In this document: one piece after another, positions 1 to 8,470 of the stretch | Position numbering within the stretch: the first letter of the stretch is position 1 | How the letters are laid out: each line of letters begins with the position of its first letter | Assembly (NCBI GenBank): GCA_963422735.1 | Contig: OY730476.1 | Span: forward strand, 2,400,001-2,464,000 | DNA: 64,000 nt | Direction of reading: 5' to 3' | Source of the DNA: Candidatus Latescibacterota bacterium | GTDB lineage: Bacteria > Latescibacterota > UBA2968 > UBA8231 | Position numbers and translations under genes: made by a program | The notes under the pieces: model-generated | Seen by the model: only the letters and a program-made list of their open reading frames with translations | Databases searched by the model: none | What the model was told of the DNA's origin: nothing

Positions 1-1
1 G

Positions 2-1069
2 CGCGACGACCTAAATCGAGACCGCAACCAAGACATAGACGAGGAGGCGCCAACCTCGGAGGGAAACCAAGCCGAGAAAAAGAAAAGCCAAGCCGAGCCG
101 CCGCAAGGCCCCAATATCCTCCGCCGCCTCGCCGGGTGGACCGGCCGCCTCGTCGAGCCGGTCAACGCCAGTTGGCGACGCAACACCAATTCGGATCACT
201 TCAACTTGCTGCATCGGCCTTCGCTCTCCTATCAACTCGGCCTCGAAGACACCCTGCGGGTGCGGCAAGTGACCCAAGGGCTGACCCACCAAGACAGTTG
301 GACGCACACGGCCTCGTTTGAGACCGGCTCGGGGATGCGGTTGCCCTTTGGCATTAGCGTCAAGGTTAACTCCAAGGAGCAGACCACAAAGCGCAGCGGT
401 GCTTCGCAGCAACGACTGCGACTGCGCAACGAGCGGACTTACCCGCGCGTGAGCCTTAGCTGGGGACGCGCCGACCGGATTCCCTTAATAAAGAGAGTGA
501 TCAATAGCGCGCAGGTAAACGCAAGTTTTGAGACCTCGGAGGCCAGCGAGGGCGAGGGTAGCCTCACGCCCGGCTACCTGCTCTCCGAGGAGACCAAGAC
601 CGAGTTTAGGGCGTCGTGGAACGGCCGTTGGCGCTGGGGACCAACGACGACCATCGAGCGCGTGATTTCCAACTCGGAGAGCCGAGATTTTGAACCAACC
701 GCAGCGGGCGACGGCACGCAGCCCCTGCGCGGCACCCGCGACAGATCGCGCGTGACCACCACGTTCAAGATCACCCATAGCCTCAAGCCGCGGCGGCTGC
801 CCCTGATAGGCCGGCTCAAAAGCGATGTCACTCTCAATTTGGAACAGAAATTTGAAGGAGAAACGCGCTCTATCGCCACGGGCGACGAAGAGCGCGTCCC
901 CAACGACAAAGAGAACATTTGGCGCACGCAGTTGACCATGACCTATAACTTCAGCGCGAACTTCCGCGGCGAGGGGCGGATTCGCATCGAGAACAACAAG
1001 GACCACCTGCGAGACAAGACGCGGAAGATCCGCGAGGTGCGGCTTTCGGGCACGTTTTTCCTCCGCTGA
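2..1069 (+). CDS. 3' part of a large outer-membrane beta-barrel protein, SprA (T9SS translocon)-like; 5'-partial
   Basis: Frame is open from base 2 to TGA at 1067-1069. It has many amphipathic beta-strands, 'RPSLSYQLGL', 'LTMTYNFSANFRG' and an aromatic C-terminal strand (LSGTFFLR). The SprA assignment is inferred. Confidence 0.5.
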   Translation, partial: RDDLNRDRNQDIDEEAPTSEGNQAEKKKSQAEPPQGPNILRRLAGWTGRLVEPVNASWRRNTNSDHFNLLHRPSLSYQLGLEDTLRVRQVTQGLTHQDSWTHTASFETGSGMRLPFGISVKVNSKEQTTKRSGASQQRLRLRNERTYPRVSLSWGRADRIPLIKRVINSAQVNASFETSEASEGEGSLTPGYLLSEETKTEFRASWNGRWRWGPTTTIERVISNSESRDFEPTAAGDGTQPLRGTRDRSRVTTTFKITHSLKPRRLPLIGRLKSDVTLNLEQKFEGETRSIATGDEERVPNDKENIWRTQLTMTYNFSANFRGEGRIRIENNKDHLRDKTRKIREVRLSGTFFLR

Positions 1070-1101
1070 GCATATTGCTCGGCGCGGCTGTGGGAGATAT
1101 T

Positions 1102-1467
1102 TTGTTCAATCAACGCGAGCAACGCGCTCTCATTGGTCTAGCGGCGACCCTGCTCATAGGGATGCTCGTCGCCGTAAGCGACTGGTATCGCCCATCGCAT
1201 TCAGAGGAATTTAGCGTCGTGCCGCGCGCGGTCGCTCCGCCGCTACCGCTCGCAGTGGTAAAAGCTGAACAGGGGCCGCTCCCGCTCAATTCGGCTACGG
1301 TCGCCGAGCTAGTCGCGCTGCCGGCAATCGGCCCCAAGATCGCCGAGCGGATCGTCGCCTTTCGCCGCGCGCACGGTCCTTTCGAGCGGCTAGAGCAACT
1401 AATCGAAGTCCATGGCATCGGCGCGAAGACGCTAGAAAAGCTCCGTCCTTTGCTCATAGTGGAGTAG
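1102..1467 (+). CDS. comEA: ComEA-family helix-hairpin-helix DNA-binding protein
   Basis: N-terminal TM helix followed by 'LNSATVAELVALPAIGPKIAERIVAFRRAHGPF...VHGIGAKTLEKL'. TTG start at 1102 follows GGAG; the ORF is open from 1075. Confidence 0.9.
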   Translation: MFNQREQRALIGLAATLLIGMLVAVSDWYRPSHSEEFSVVPRAVAPPLPLAVVKAEQGPLPLNSATVAELVALPAIGPKIAERIVAFRRAHGPFERLEQLIEVHGIGAKTLEKLRPLLIVE

Positions 1468-1491
1468 AGGCACACTTCGCAGGAGAAGGGG

Positions 1492-2385
1492 TTGGGATTG
1501 TTTGGATTTGGCAGAACAAAGGCCACCGGGATCCACATCAGTGGCAAGACCGTGCGCGTCGCTGCCCTAGACGCTGGACGCACTGGCATCCGACCGCTGA
1601 TTTTGGCGACCGACGAATTGGAACGGCCCTTCGACCCGGTAGCCCTGAGCGACGATCAGCAGCGGCAAGAGCTAGCCGCCAAGCTAGCCGCGCTCGCGGC
1701 GACGTACGACGTTGACTACAGCAACGCCTGTTTTTCGCTAGACCGGCGCTTGGGCCTCATTCAGCGTCGGCCCCTCGTAGCGGGGACTGTGCGCGAAAAC
1801 CGCGAACAACTCCTGTGGGAATCCGAGCAGATCTTGGCCGGGGAAGCTCGGGCGTTTAGCTGCGATTTTGCGCTGACCTCGCAGTGGGGCTTTGTGGTCG
1901 CGGCTCGCCACCGCGTCCTCGAATACTACCGCACCCTAGGCAAGGAGACGGCGGTCGGTCGGCTCAATGTGGATTTGGTGCCTTTTGCCCTGTACAACGC
2001 CAGCGAATGCGCTAACCTGCTCGCCAAAGATAAGTTGTCGCTCCTGATCTACGCGGATATGGGCGAGGCTTGGCTCCTGCTAATAGAGGAAGGCGAACTA
2101 GCTGCGCTGGCCAGTTGTGTCTGGGAGGAAGAGGACGACGCGCCCGAAGCCTTAGAAGGCGCGGCGCACAAGCTGCTGAGCGAGGGCAGCAGCAGCCTCC
2201 AGCACCTTTGGGGTGCCGGTGTCCCGTATTGGAGCGAGGGCTTGGCCGCGCATTTGGGGGTGCCGCATTCAATCCTCGATCCACTCGCCGCGGTCAGTCC
2301 CAAGCTGCTCGGCGACGCCATGCCCGCGCAGCGATCCGAGTATGCCATTGCCGTCGGGCTAGCTCAGCGGGAGTTGGTGCGATGA
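1492..2385 (+). CDS. Divergent PilM-like (actin-fold) pilus assembly protein
   Basis: 'GIHISGKTVRVAAL' N-terminal strand, 'VDLVPFALYNA' and C-terminal 'YAIAVGLAQR' resemble PilM. It lies upstream of a PilN-like gene, with AGGAG RBS. Confidence 0.65.
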   Translation: MGLFGFGRTKATGIHISGKTVRVAALDAGRTGIRPLILATDELERPFDPVALSDDQQRQELAAKLAALAATYDVDYSNACFSLDRRLGLIQRRPLVAGTVRENREQLLWESEQILAGEARAFSCDFALTSQWGFVVAARHRVLEYYRTLGKETAVGRLNVDLVPFALYNASECANLLAKDKLSLLIYADMGEAWLLLIEEGELAALASCVWEEEDDAPEALEGAAHKLLSEGSSSLQHLWGAGVPYWSEGLAAHLGVPHSILDPLAAVSPKLLGDAMPAQRSEYAIAVGLAQRELVR

Positions 2386-3566
2386 TCCGCGTCGAGCTTC
2401 TCGGGCGGCGGCGGTCGCCTTGGTCAAGAGCCTTTCTTGCGGCCCTAGTCGTCTGTGGGGGACTATACGGGATTTACCAGCTTTTCCCCGCACTGGCGGG
2501 GTCGCTTTTCAACGCGGATTTCGCCCTCAGTTCCATGGCGCAGCAAGAAGCTACCCCAAGTTCCGTAGAACAAGAGATTGCTCCCAAGCCTGTGGAGCGG
2601 CAAGAGACCGACCCTAGCCCCTTGGTGCAACAAGAAGAGGTTCCCCATAGTTCCGTGGCACAGCAAGAGGCTATCCCAAGCACTGTAGTGCCGCAAGAAA
2701 TCGAGCCCAAGCCAGTGGTGGTACTGCAAGAGGCCATCCCAAGTTCTGGGATGCAGCAAGAGACTACGCCTAGCCTTTTACAAGAGATCGATCAAAAGCC
2801 CGCGGCACAGCAAGAGACCATGCCTAGCCCTGTGGCGCAGCAAGAGATCACCTCTAAACCCGTGGCACGGCAAGAGACCACCCCAAGTCCCGGGGTGGCG
2901 CAACAAGAGGCCACGCCGAGTCCTGTGCAAGAGATCGCACCAGATCCCGTCGTCCAACGAGAAGCCCCGACGACGCACCAACCCCCCTCGCCCCAGCGCA
3001 GCACGGCCTGTCATCAAGTCATGCGGATTGACAAACAGGTTCCCGCTGGGACTCGCGTGGCTTCGCTGAACTGCAATTCGACCGGGGAGTACTGGCTGGA
3101 GGGAACCAGCCCCTCGCACAAAGTACTGCGCGAGTTCAGGCTTCGCTTGCAGGCGTTGCCATCGCGGGTTTCGTTTTCGACTTGGCGGGAGGAGCGCACT
3201 CTGCGCTTTGCATTCCAAGGCCGCCTTGCCGAGCGAGACAACTCTCCACTGGCCGCCCTCTCGTCTGGCCAAGCGGAGCAATTCCTCCGCAAGGTGGCCC
3301 ACTGGGCCGACGCGAGTGGCCTAGACAGCCTGTCAATCCACAAGCCTATCCATAGGTCCTTGTCGCCGGCGCGCACCCACCAGCGGCAAAAATTGCGGGG
3401 CATTGGGTCCCTTCAGCAGATCGGCACCTTCTTGCACCAGTTTCAACAGTACGAGGCGGTCGCGACCCTCGGCGAGGTTTTGCTCATGCCCATCAAAAGC
3501 GACGAACGCGGCTGGGTCCAAGCGCGGCTCTACGCGGCCGTGGACATCTTAGTAGAAGTACCCTAA
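2382..3566 (+). CDS. PilN-like membrane protein with Pro/Gln/Glu-rich repeat linker (possible PilN-PilO fusion)
   Basis: The ATG overlaps the upstream stop. 'MIRVELL' resembles the PilN INLL motif, followed by a TM helix, ~14 QQE-x-x-PS repeats and two putative ferredoxin-like periplasmic domains. Confidence 0.5.
   Translation: MIRVELLGRRRSPWSRAFLAALVVCGGLYGIYQLFPALAGSLFNADFALSSMAQQEATPSSVEQEIAPKPVERQETDPSPLVQQEEVPHSSVAQQEAIPSTVVPQEIEPKPVVVLQEAIPSSGMQQETTPSLLQEIDQKPAAQQETMPSPVAQQEITSKPVARQETTPSPGVAQQEATPSPVQEIAPDPVVQREAPTTHQPPSPQRSTACHQVMRIDKQVPAGTRVASLNCNSTGEYWLEGTSPSHKVLREFRLRLQALPSRVSFSTWREERTLRFAFQGRLAERDNSPLAALSSGQAEQFLRKVAHWADASGLDSLSIHKPIHRSLSPARTHQRQKLRGIGSLQQIGTFLHQFQQYEAVATLGEVLLMPIKSDERGWVQARLYAAVDILVEVP
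2539..2970 (+). repeat. Imperfect coding tandem repeat (~27-33 bp units; (A)QQE(A/T/I)xP(S/K)(S/P)V)
   Basis: The core CAAGA(A/G) recurs about 14 times, with units such as AQQEATPSSV, AQQEAIPSTVV and AQQETMPSPV. Confidence 0.85.
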
Positions 3567-4057
3567 TGAACAACGCAGACGCGGCCATCTATCCCGGCAG
3601 CTTCGACCCGATCACCTTTGGCCACCTGAACATCCTAGAGCGGGCCTTGGACATCTTCTCCCAAGTCACCCTGCTGGTGGCGATCAATCCCAACAAAGAG
3701 CCGCTCTTTTCGCTGGAGGAGAGCCGGGCGATGATCTCCGAGGCCATTAGCCACTGGGCTCAAGCCAAGGTCGATTTCCACGACGGCCTGACCGTTGACT
3801 ATGCGCGACAGCACAACATACACACGGCCGTGCGGGGCCTGCGGGCGGTGACCGACTTCGAGAACGAGTTTGCCATGGCCTTGACCAACCGCTCGCTGTG
3901 GCCAGAGTTCGACACGGTCTTTCTAATGACCAAGGCAGAGTACATGTATCTCAGTTCGTCGGTCGTGCGCCAAGTGGCGCAAATGGGCGGGCAGTTAAAC
4001 CAGTTCGTGCCGCCTTGTATCGAGCGACGCCTGCGGGAAAAATTCCAAAATGCCTGA
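3566..4057 (+). CDS. coaD: Phosphopantetheine adenylyltransferase
   Basis: 'IYPGSFDPITFGHLNI', 'VRGLRAVTDFENE', 'LSSSVVRQVA'. Confidence 0.97.
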   Translation: MNNADAAIYPGSFDPITFGHLNILERALDIFSQVTLLVAINPNKEPLFSLEESRAMISEAISHWAQAKVDFHDGLTVDYARQHNIHTAVRGLRAVTDFENEFAMALTNRSLWPEFDTVFLMTKAEYMYLSSSVVRQVAQMGGQLNQFVPPCIERRLREKFQNA

Positions 4058-5126
4058 GTCCCAACGCGAAGTGCAGGCCCTCCTCGCGCTGAGCCAAGCC
4101 GAGCGGCTCGGGCGCGTGCGGCGCTTGCTCTCCCACTTTGGCTCGGCGCAAGAGGCCCTCGCCGCCGCCGATTGGACTGCTGCCGTAGGGGCCAATGCAT
4201 CCGAGCGGCGTCCTACGCAGGCCGACTTCGCTTGGGCCGCCGATCAATGGCAAAGACTCTGCGCGTCCGGCGGCCGCTGCCTAGCCCCGCCGGACGCGGA
4301 TTATCCCCAACTACTGGGCCAAATCGCCGCGCCGCCCCCCGTGCTGTTTGCGCTGGGCCCAGACGACTTGACCCCTCCTACCGTGGCCATCGTCGGCTCG
4401 CGCAAAGCATCGGATAGCGGCAAACTGATCGCCGGCGAGCTGGCTCGCGGTCTAGTGGCTCAAGGCATCTGCATCGTCAGCGGCTTGGCTTTCGGCATCG
4501 ATGCGGCCGCCCACGCGGCTGCGCTCGCGGCTGGCGGGCGCACCATCGCCGTATTGGGCTGCGGGGCCGATGTGCCCTATCCTCGCGCCCACACCCAGCT
4601 CTATCGCCAAATCCGCGAGCACGGTGCCATCATCTCCGAGTTTGCTTGGGGGGCACAGCCGGAGCGGGGAGCCTTCCCCCGCCGCAACCGCATCATCAGC
4701 GGGCTAAGCTTGGGGGTGATCATCGTCGAGGCCCCGCAAAAAAGCGGCGCACTGATTACGGTCCAACACGCACTGGATCAAAACCGCGAGGTATTCGCCG
4801 TGCCCGGGGACGTGCGCTCGGGCCGCAACGCGGGCTGTCACCGGCTAATCAAAGACGGGGCGAAGCTGGTCGAGGGCGTGGAGGATGTGCTAGAGGAATT
4901 GGCCATGTGGGCGGCACCGCGCCCGCAAAGCGCGCCCGCGCCTGTTCTTCCCCCGGAAGAAGAAAGCGTCTATGCCCTGCTCTCGCGCCAACCCCGGCAC
5001 ATCGACGAACTCGCCCAAGACAGCGCCCTGCCGCCTGCGACCCTGCTCGACGTGCTGCTGAGGTTGGAACTCGAAGGGCTGGTAGATCAGCTCGCGGGCA
5101 AGCGATTTTTGCGGCGAGCGGGATAA
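4050..5126 (+). CDS. dprA: DNA-processing protein DprA
   Basis: 'VAIVGSRKAS', 'IVSGLAFGIDAAAH', 'FPRRNRIISGLS', 'SGALIT' and a C-terminal winged helix. Confidence 0.97.
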   Translation: MPESQREVQALLALSQAERLGRVRRLLSHFGSAQEALAAADWTAAVGANASERRPTQADFAWAADQWQRLCASGGRCLAPPDADYPQLLGQIAAPPPVLFALGPDDLTPPTVAIVGSRKASDSGKLIAGELARGLVAQGICIVSGLAFGIDAAAHAAALAAGGRTIAVLGCGADVPYPRAHTQLYRQIREHGAIISEFAWGAQPERGAFPRRNRIISGLSLGVIIVEAPQKSGALITVQHALDQNREVFAVPGDVRSGRNAGCHRLIKDGAKLVEGVEDVLEELAMWAAPRPQSAPAPVLPPEEESVYALLSRQPRHIDELAQDSALPPATLLDVLLRLELEGLVDQLAGKRFLRRAG

Positions 5127-5192
5127 TCCCACACAGTCGCTGGCGGACATATAGCCATCCGCCATCATTATCCGCCGATGGACGCCGATGCC

Positions 5193-5283
5193 TGTCATGC
5201 TGAGGAAGCCGACAGGCTGCCCAAGCATCTTATACCTACACGGCCTTGCCGGCAGCAGATTCTTCAACTCCGCTCAGAATGAA
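5193..5283. repeat. REP-like palindromic element (TGTCATGCTGAG...AAGCATCT / AGATTCTTC...CTCAGAATGA type)
   Basis: Two inverted arms lie between convergent dprA and feo genes. Same family as 8077-8143. Confidence 0.6.
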
Positions 5284-5326
5284 AGAGCAATGTTATGAAT
5301 AACGTAGGGTGGCTATATCACCGTAG

Positions 5327-5464
5327 CTAGTCGTCTGAGTGCCCTATCTGCAAAGGTTCGTCGCGGTGGGATTTGGCGCGGAAAAAAGGCCGCGTCAAAC
5401 GCCACAGCACGTACGCTGCGGCGAGCGCGGCAACGGCGACAGCCACCGGCGTTTGCCAGTCCAT
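5327..5464 (-). CDS. FeoB-associated small membrane protein (45 aa)
   Basis: The ATG lies 1 nt after the feoB stop. 'MDWQTPVAVAVAALAAAYVLWRL' forms a single TM helix, as in feoB-associated peptides. Confidence 0.7.
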   Translation of the reverse strand: MDWQTPVAVAVAALAAAYVLWRLTRPFFRAKSHRDEPLQIGHSDD

Positions 5465-5465
5465 T

Positions 5466-7598
5466 TCAAAAGCCCAAGGCCGTGCCGACTTGGTACGTCG
5501 CCAGTGCGCCGACATAAGCGAGGGTCGTCATATAGCCAAAGCTAAACAGGGACCAGCGATAGGAGCCGGTCTCTTTTTGTATGACGACTAGGGTCGAGAG
5601 GCACTGGGCGCAGAGGGCGAAGAAAACCATGATTGACAGCGCCACCGGCAGGGTGTAAATCGGGCGGCCATCCGGCCAAGTAGCGGCGGCCAAGGTCGTG
5701 TGCAGGCTCTCGGATTCTTCGTCCTCACCCGCGCCGAGGCTATAGATAGTGCCCAAGGCCGAGATGATGACTTCGCGGGCCGGAAAAGAGGCGATGACCG
5801 CCATGCCGATGCGCCAGTCCCATCCCAAAGGACGCACGGCCGGCGCGACCCAGTGCCCGGCTTGGCCGAGATAGCTGTTTTCTACCAGCTCGGCCGCTTG
5901 GTGCTTTTCCAAGGCGTCGAGGGCTTGGGGCGCGACCGCTTGGCGCTCAACTTGGTGGCGCTCGATCACGTCTGCCGAGCGCGGGAAGTACGCCAGCGCC
6001 CACATCGCAATAGTCGTCGCCAAGATGAGACTGCCGGCGCGGACGACAAAGGCCCGGCTGCTGTGGTACACGCGCAGCAGCACCGTGTGCAGGTTGGGCG
6101 TCTTGTAGGAAGGCAGTTCCAGCAGAAAGGGCGGGGGATCTCCCTCGAGCAAGGTCCGCTTGAGCAACCAAGCCATCGGGATGGCGACGAGCGCACCGAG
6201 GCAGTAGAAGGCAAACAGGGTCAGAGCCTGCAAGCCGATGATCCCCCCCCACAGCGAGCGGTCTGGGACAAAAGCCCCGATGAAGAGCACGTACACCGGT
6301 AGGCGCGCCGAACAGCTCATCAGCGGTGCGACCAAGATGGTGGCAAAGCGGTCGCGCCGGTCTTCAATGGTGCGAGTGGCCATAATGCCCGGGACGGCGC
6401 AGGCAAAGCTGGACAGCAGGGGAATGAAGGCCGTGCCGGAAAGCCCCACGCGGGTGAGCAGCCGATCCATCAACAGCGCGGCCCGAGCCATGTAGCCGCT
6501 GTCTTCGAGTAGGGCGATAAAAAAGAATAAGATGGCGATCTGAGGCAGAAAGATGAGCACGCCGCCAACGCCGGCGATGAGGCCATCGACGACAAGGCTT
6601 TGCAGGGGGCCGGGAGGGATAAGCGCCACGGCGCGGGCGCCGCAGGCGGCAAAGAGCACGTCAACTCCATCCATCAGTGGCCCGGACCAAGTGTAAATGG
6701 CTTCGAAGACCAAGACGTTGATCAGCACAAAAATCGCCGTGCCGAAGAGGCGGTGCGCGAGAATGCGGTCGGCCCGATCCGAGCGGCGACCCTCTAAGCG
6801 GTCGGGCTGGGAAATAGCACGCGAGAGCAGGCCGTCGATCCAAGCATAGCGAGCGTTGCTTTCTAACTCGGAAAGGGAATCCGCGCCAGCCGTACGCAGG
6901 CGGTCCAAGTGGTCAGCGGTGCCATCACCAGCGAACTCCAACAGGCGGCGCTCGGCATAGCCGTCTTCATCAACTAGGGCACGCAGGGCCTCTACTGAGG
7001 AGAGCGGCTCGGAGACTGCGGCTTGCAACTCGGCTGTGGCGCGCTGAAGCTGATCGGGCAGTTCCACCCGCTGCGGTCGCGTGGGTGACGGACCCGCGTT
7101 CAAAGCCGCTAAAGTACGCCGCAGGTCATCCAACCCCTGCCGGCGATGGGCGCAGATCGGCACCACCGGTACGCCGAGCGCCTCAGACAAGGCACTAGAG
7201 TCAATGCGAATGCCCCGCCGGACTGCTATATCCCCCATATTGAGGACGACAACCAAGGGCACATCTATTTCTGCGAGCTGGGAAACTAAGTAGAGGTTGC
7301 GCCGCAGGTTGCTGGCATCGACGACCGCCAAGATGCCATCTATGGGCGGCGCGTCTTGCTGTTGGCCCAAGAGCACGTCAATGGCCAGCATCTCGTCGGG
7401 AGAGTGCGCGGCAAGGCTATAGGCACCGGGCAGGTCAATCAGGTCTAGCGAGTCTTCCCCATCCAGCGTCAGGGTCCCCGCTTTGTGTTCCACGGTGACG
7501 CCCGGATAGTTACCGGCGCGCTGCGAAAGGCCGGTCAGGGCGTTGAAAAGCGTGGTCTTGCCCGTGTTGGGGTTGCCGATAAGTGCGAGGGTCCGCAC
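5466..7598 (-). CDS. feoB: Ferrous iron transporter FeoB
   Basis: G1 'GNPNTGKTTLFNALTG', 'NYPGVTVE', 'DLPGAYSL', 'NMGD' and gate motifs 'EDSGYMARAA', 'PLMSCSARLPVY'. Confidence 0.98.
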   Translation of the reverse strand: MRTLALIGNPNTGKTTLFNALTGLSQRAGNYPGVTVEHKAGTLTLDGEDSLDLIDLPGAYSLAAHSPDEMLAIDVLLGQQQDAPPIDGILAVVDASNLRRNLYLVSQLAEIDVPLVVVLNMGDIAVRRGIRIDSSALSEALGVPVVPICAHRRQGLDDLRRTLAALNAGPSPTRPQRVELPDQLQRATAELQAAVSEPLSSVEALRALVDEDGYAERRLLEFAGDGTADHLDRLRTAGADSLSELESNARYAWIDGLLSRAISQPDRLEGRRSDRADRILAHRLFGTAIFVLINVLVFEAIYTWSGPLMDGVDVLFAACGARAVALIPPGPLQSLVVDGLIAGVGGVLIFLPQIAILFFFIALLEDSGYMARAALLMDRLLTRVGLSGTAFIPLLSSFACAVPGIMATRTIEDRRDRFATILVAPLMSCSARLPVYVLFIGAFVPDRSLWGGIIGLQALTLFAFYCLGALVAIPMAWLLKRTLLEGDPPPFLLELPSYKTPNLHTVLLRVYHSSRAFVVRAGSLILATTIAMWALAYFPRSADVIERHQVERQAVAPQALDALEKHQAAELVENSYLGQAGHWVAPAVRPLGWDWRIGMAVIASFPAREVIISALGTIYSLGAGEDEESESLHTTLAAATWPDGRPIYTLPVALSIMVFFALCAQCLSTLVVIQKETGSYRWSLFSFGYMTTLAYVGALATYQVGTALGF

Positions 7599-7622
7599 AG
7601 AGGGCCTGCTGAACAGGAAAAA

Positions 7623-7874
7623 CTAGGGGACTAGGCGGATGGCGGCAGCATCCCTACGCCGGAGCGCGAGGCGAGTCTGTCCTATCTGGACGATGAGCGC
7701 AGTCCCGGAGCGCAGCACGCGCAAATGTTCTCCGGGCAAAAAGCCCAATTCGCGCAGGCGGGCGGCTAAGCGCACAGGGGCCGAGACTTCGGCGACGACG
7801 GCTTCGCCGTACTGAGGCAACTGTGACAAGTCGAGCGGGGAGGCTGATGTGCAGGGCGTTTTGCGAAATTCCAT
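7623..7874 (-). CDS. feoA: Ferrous iron transport protein FeoA
   Basis: 'RLRELGFLPG...RLALRR', directly upstream of feoB. Confidence 0.9.
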   Translation of the reverse strand: MEFRKTPCTSASPLDLSQLPQYGEAVVAEVSAPVRLAARLRELGFLPGEHLRVLRSGTALIVQIGQTRLALRRRDAAAIRLVP

Positions 7875-7969
7875 GCGATAGCTCCGGCTAGATTGGGCGG
7901 AAATCAGATTGGCTGCAGAAATAAGTGTTTAAGCCACCAATAAGATGTTCTGTATGCCAAACTTCTGTA

Positions 7970-7999
7970 AATATAGTCAATCAGAGAGCGGTACGTCAA
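7970..7999 (-). promoter_or_regulatory. Putative sigma70 promoter of feoAB
   Basis: Minus strand TTGACG-N18-TATATT, about 95 nt upstream of feoA. Confidence 0.5.
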
Positions 8000-8076
8000 T
8001 GTATTTTTTAAGACTATAAAAAATGTTGACGGGCTAAAACAACTGATGTTGCGCCCGCGCCTCTTAGGAAGAGATA

Positions 8077-8210
8077 CTTCGACTTCGCTCAGCATGACAG
8101 GTGCTAGTGTGTTCCTTCCTAGTGTCACGCTGAGCGCAGCCGAGTCGCTTCACCTCGACTGTCCTGCCTAAAGGCAGGGTGAAGCAGGCGAGCTTCACCT
8201 CGCCTTTAGG
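8077..8210. repeat. REP-like inverted pair plus a second long hairpin
   Basis: CTTCGACTTCGCTCAGCATGACA (8077-8099) pairs with TGTCACGCTGAGCGCAGCCGA (8123-8143). A second stem follows: CCTAAAGGC..GGTGAAGC / GCTTCACC..GCCTTTAGG. Confidence 0.65.
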
Positions 8211-8470
8211 AGTGAACAGCATTTATCGACCGACCAGTGCCTAACGCATAGGCCCCGACGATACACAACGCCAGTTATTCGACAAGCGATGAGACGTTAT
8301 TCATCTTAGCTGACGTTACGCAGTGCTTTGTCGCGGACGAACCAGTCCATGTAGGCGGTCCCCTCCAGCGGGGGAGGCAGGGCGAAGCTACGCCTTGGAC
8401 GGCAAACTGCGTAACATCAGTCTTAAGTTCCGATCTACGAAATGCGGTTTTTGCAGGAAGAGGGGCAGCC

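Noticed and set aside
2070-2381. N-terminal extension of the 498-aa ORF
   Set aside because: It overlaps the pilM-like gene. The ATG at 2382, coupled to the upstream stop and giving MIRVELL plus a TM helix, is the better start.
2539-2970. Possible CRISPR array
   Set aside because: The units are degenerate, in-frame coding repeats with no unique spacers, and no cas genes are present in the window.
8215-8470. Short ORFs upstream of 8471
   Set aside because: No motif or RBS support. It could be another gene scrap, but I cannot assign it.
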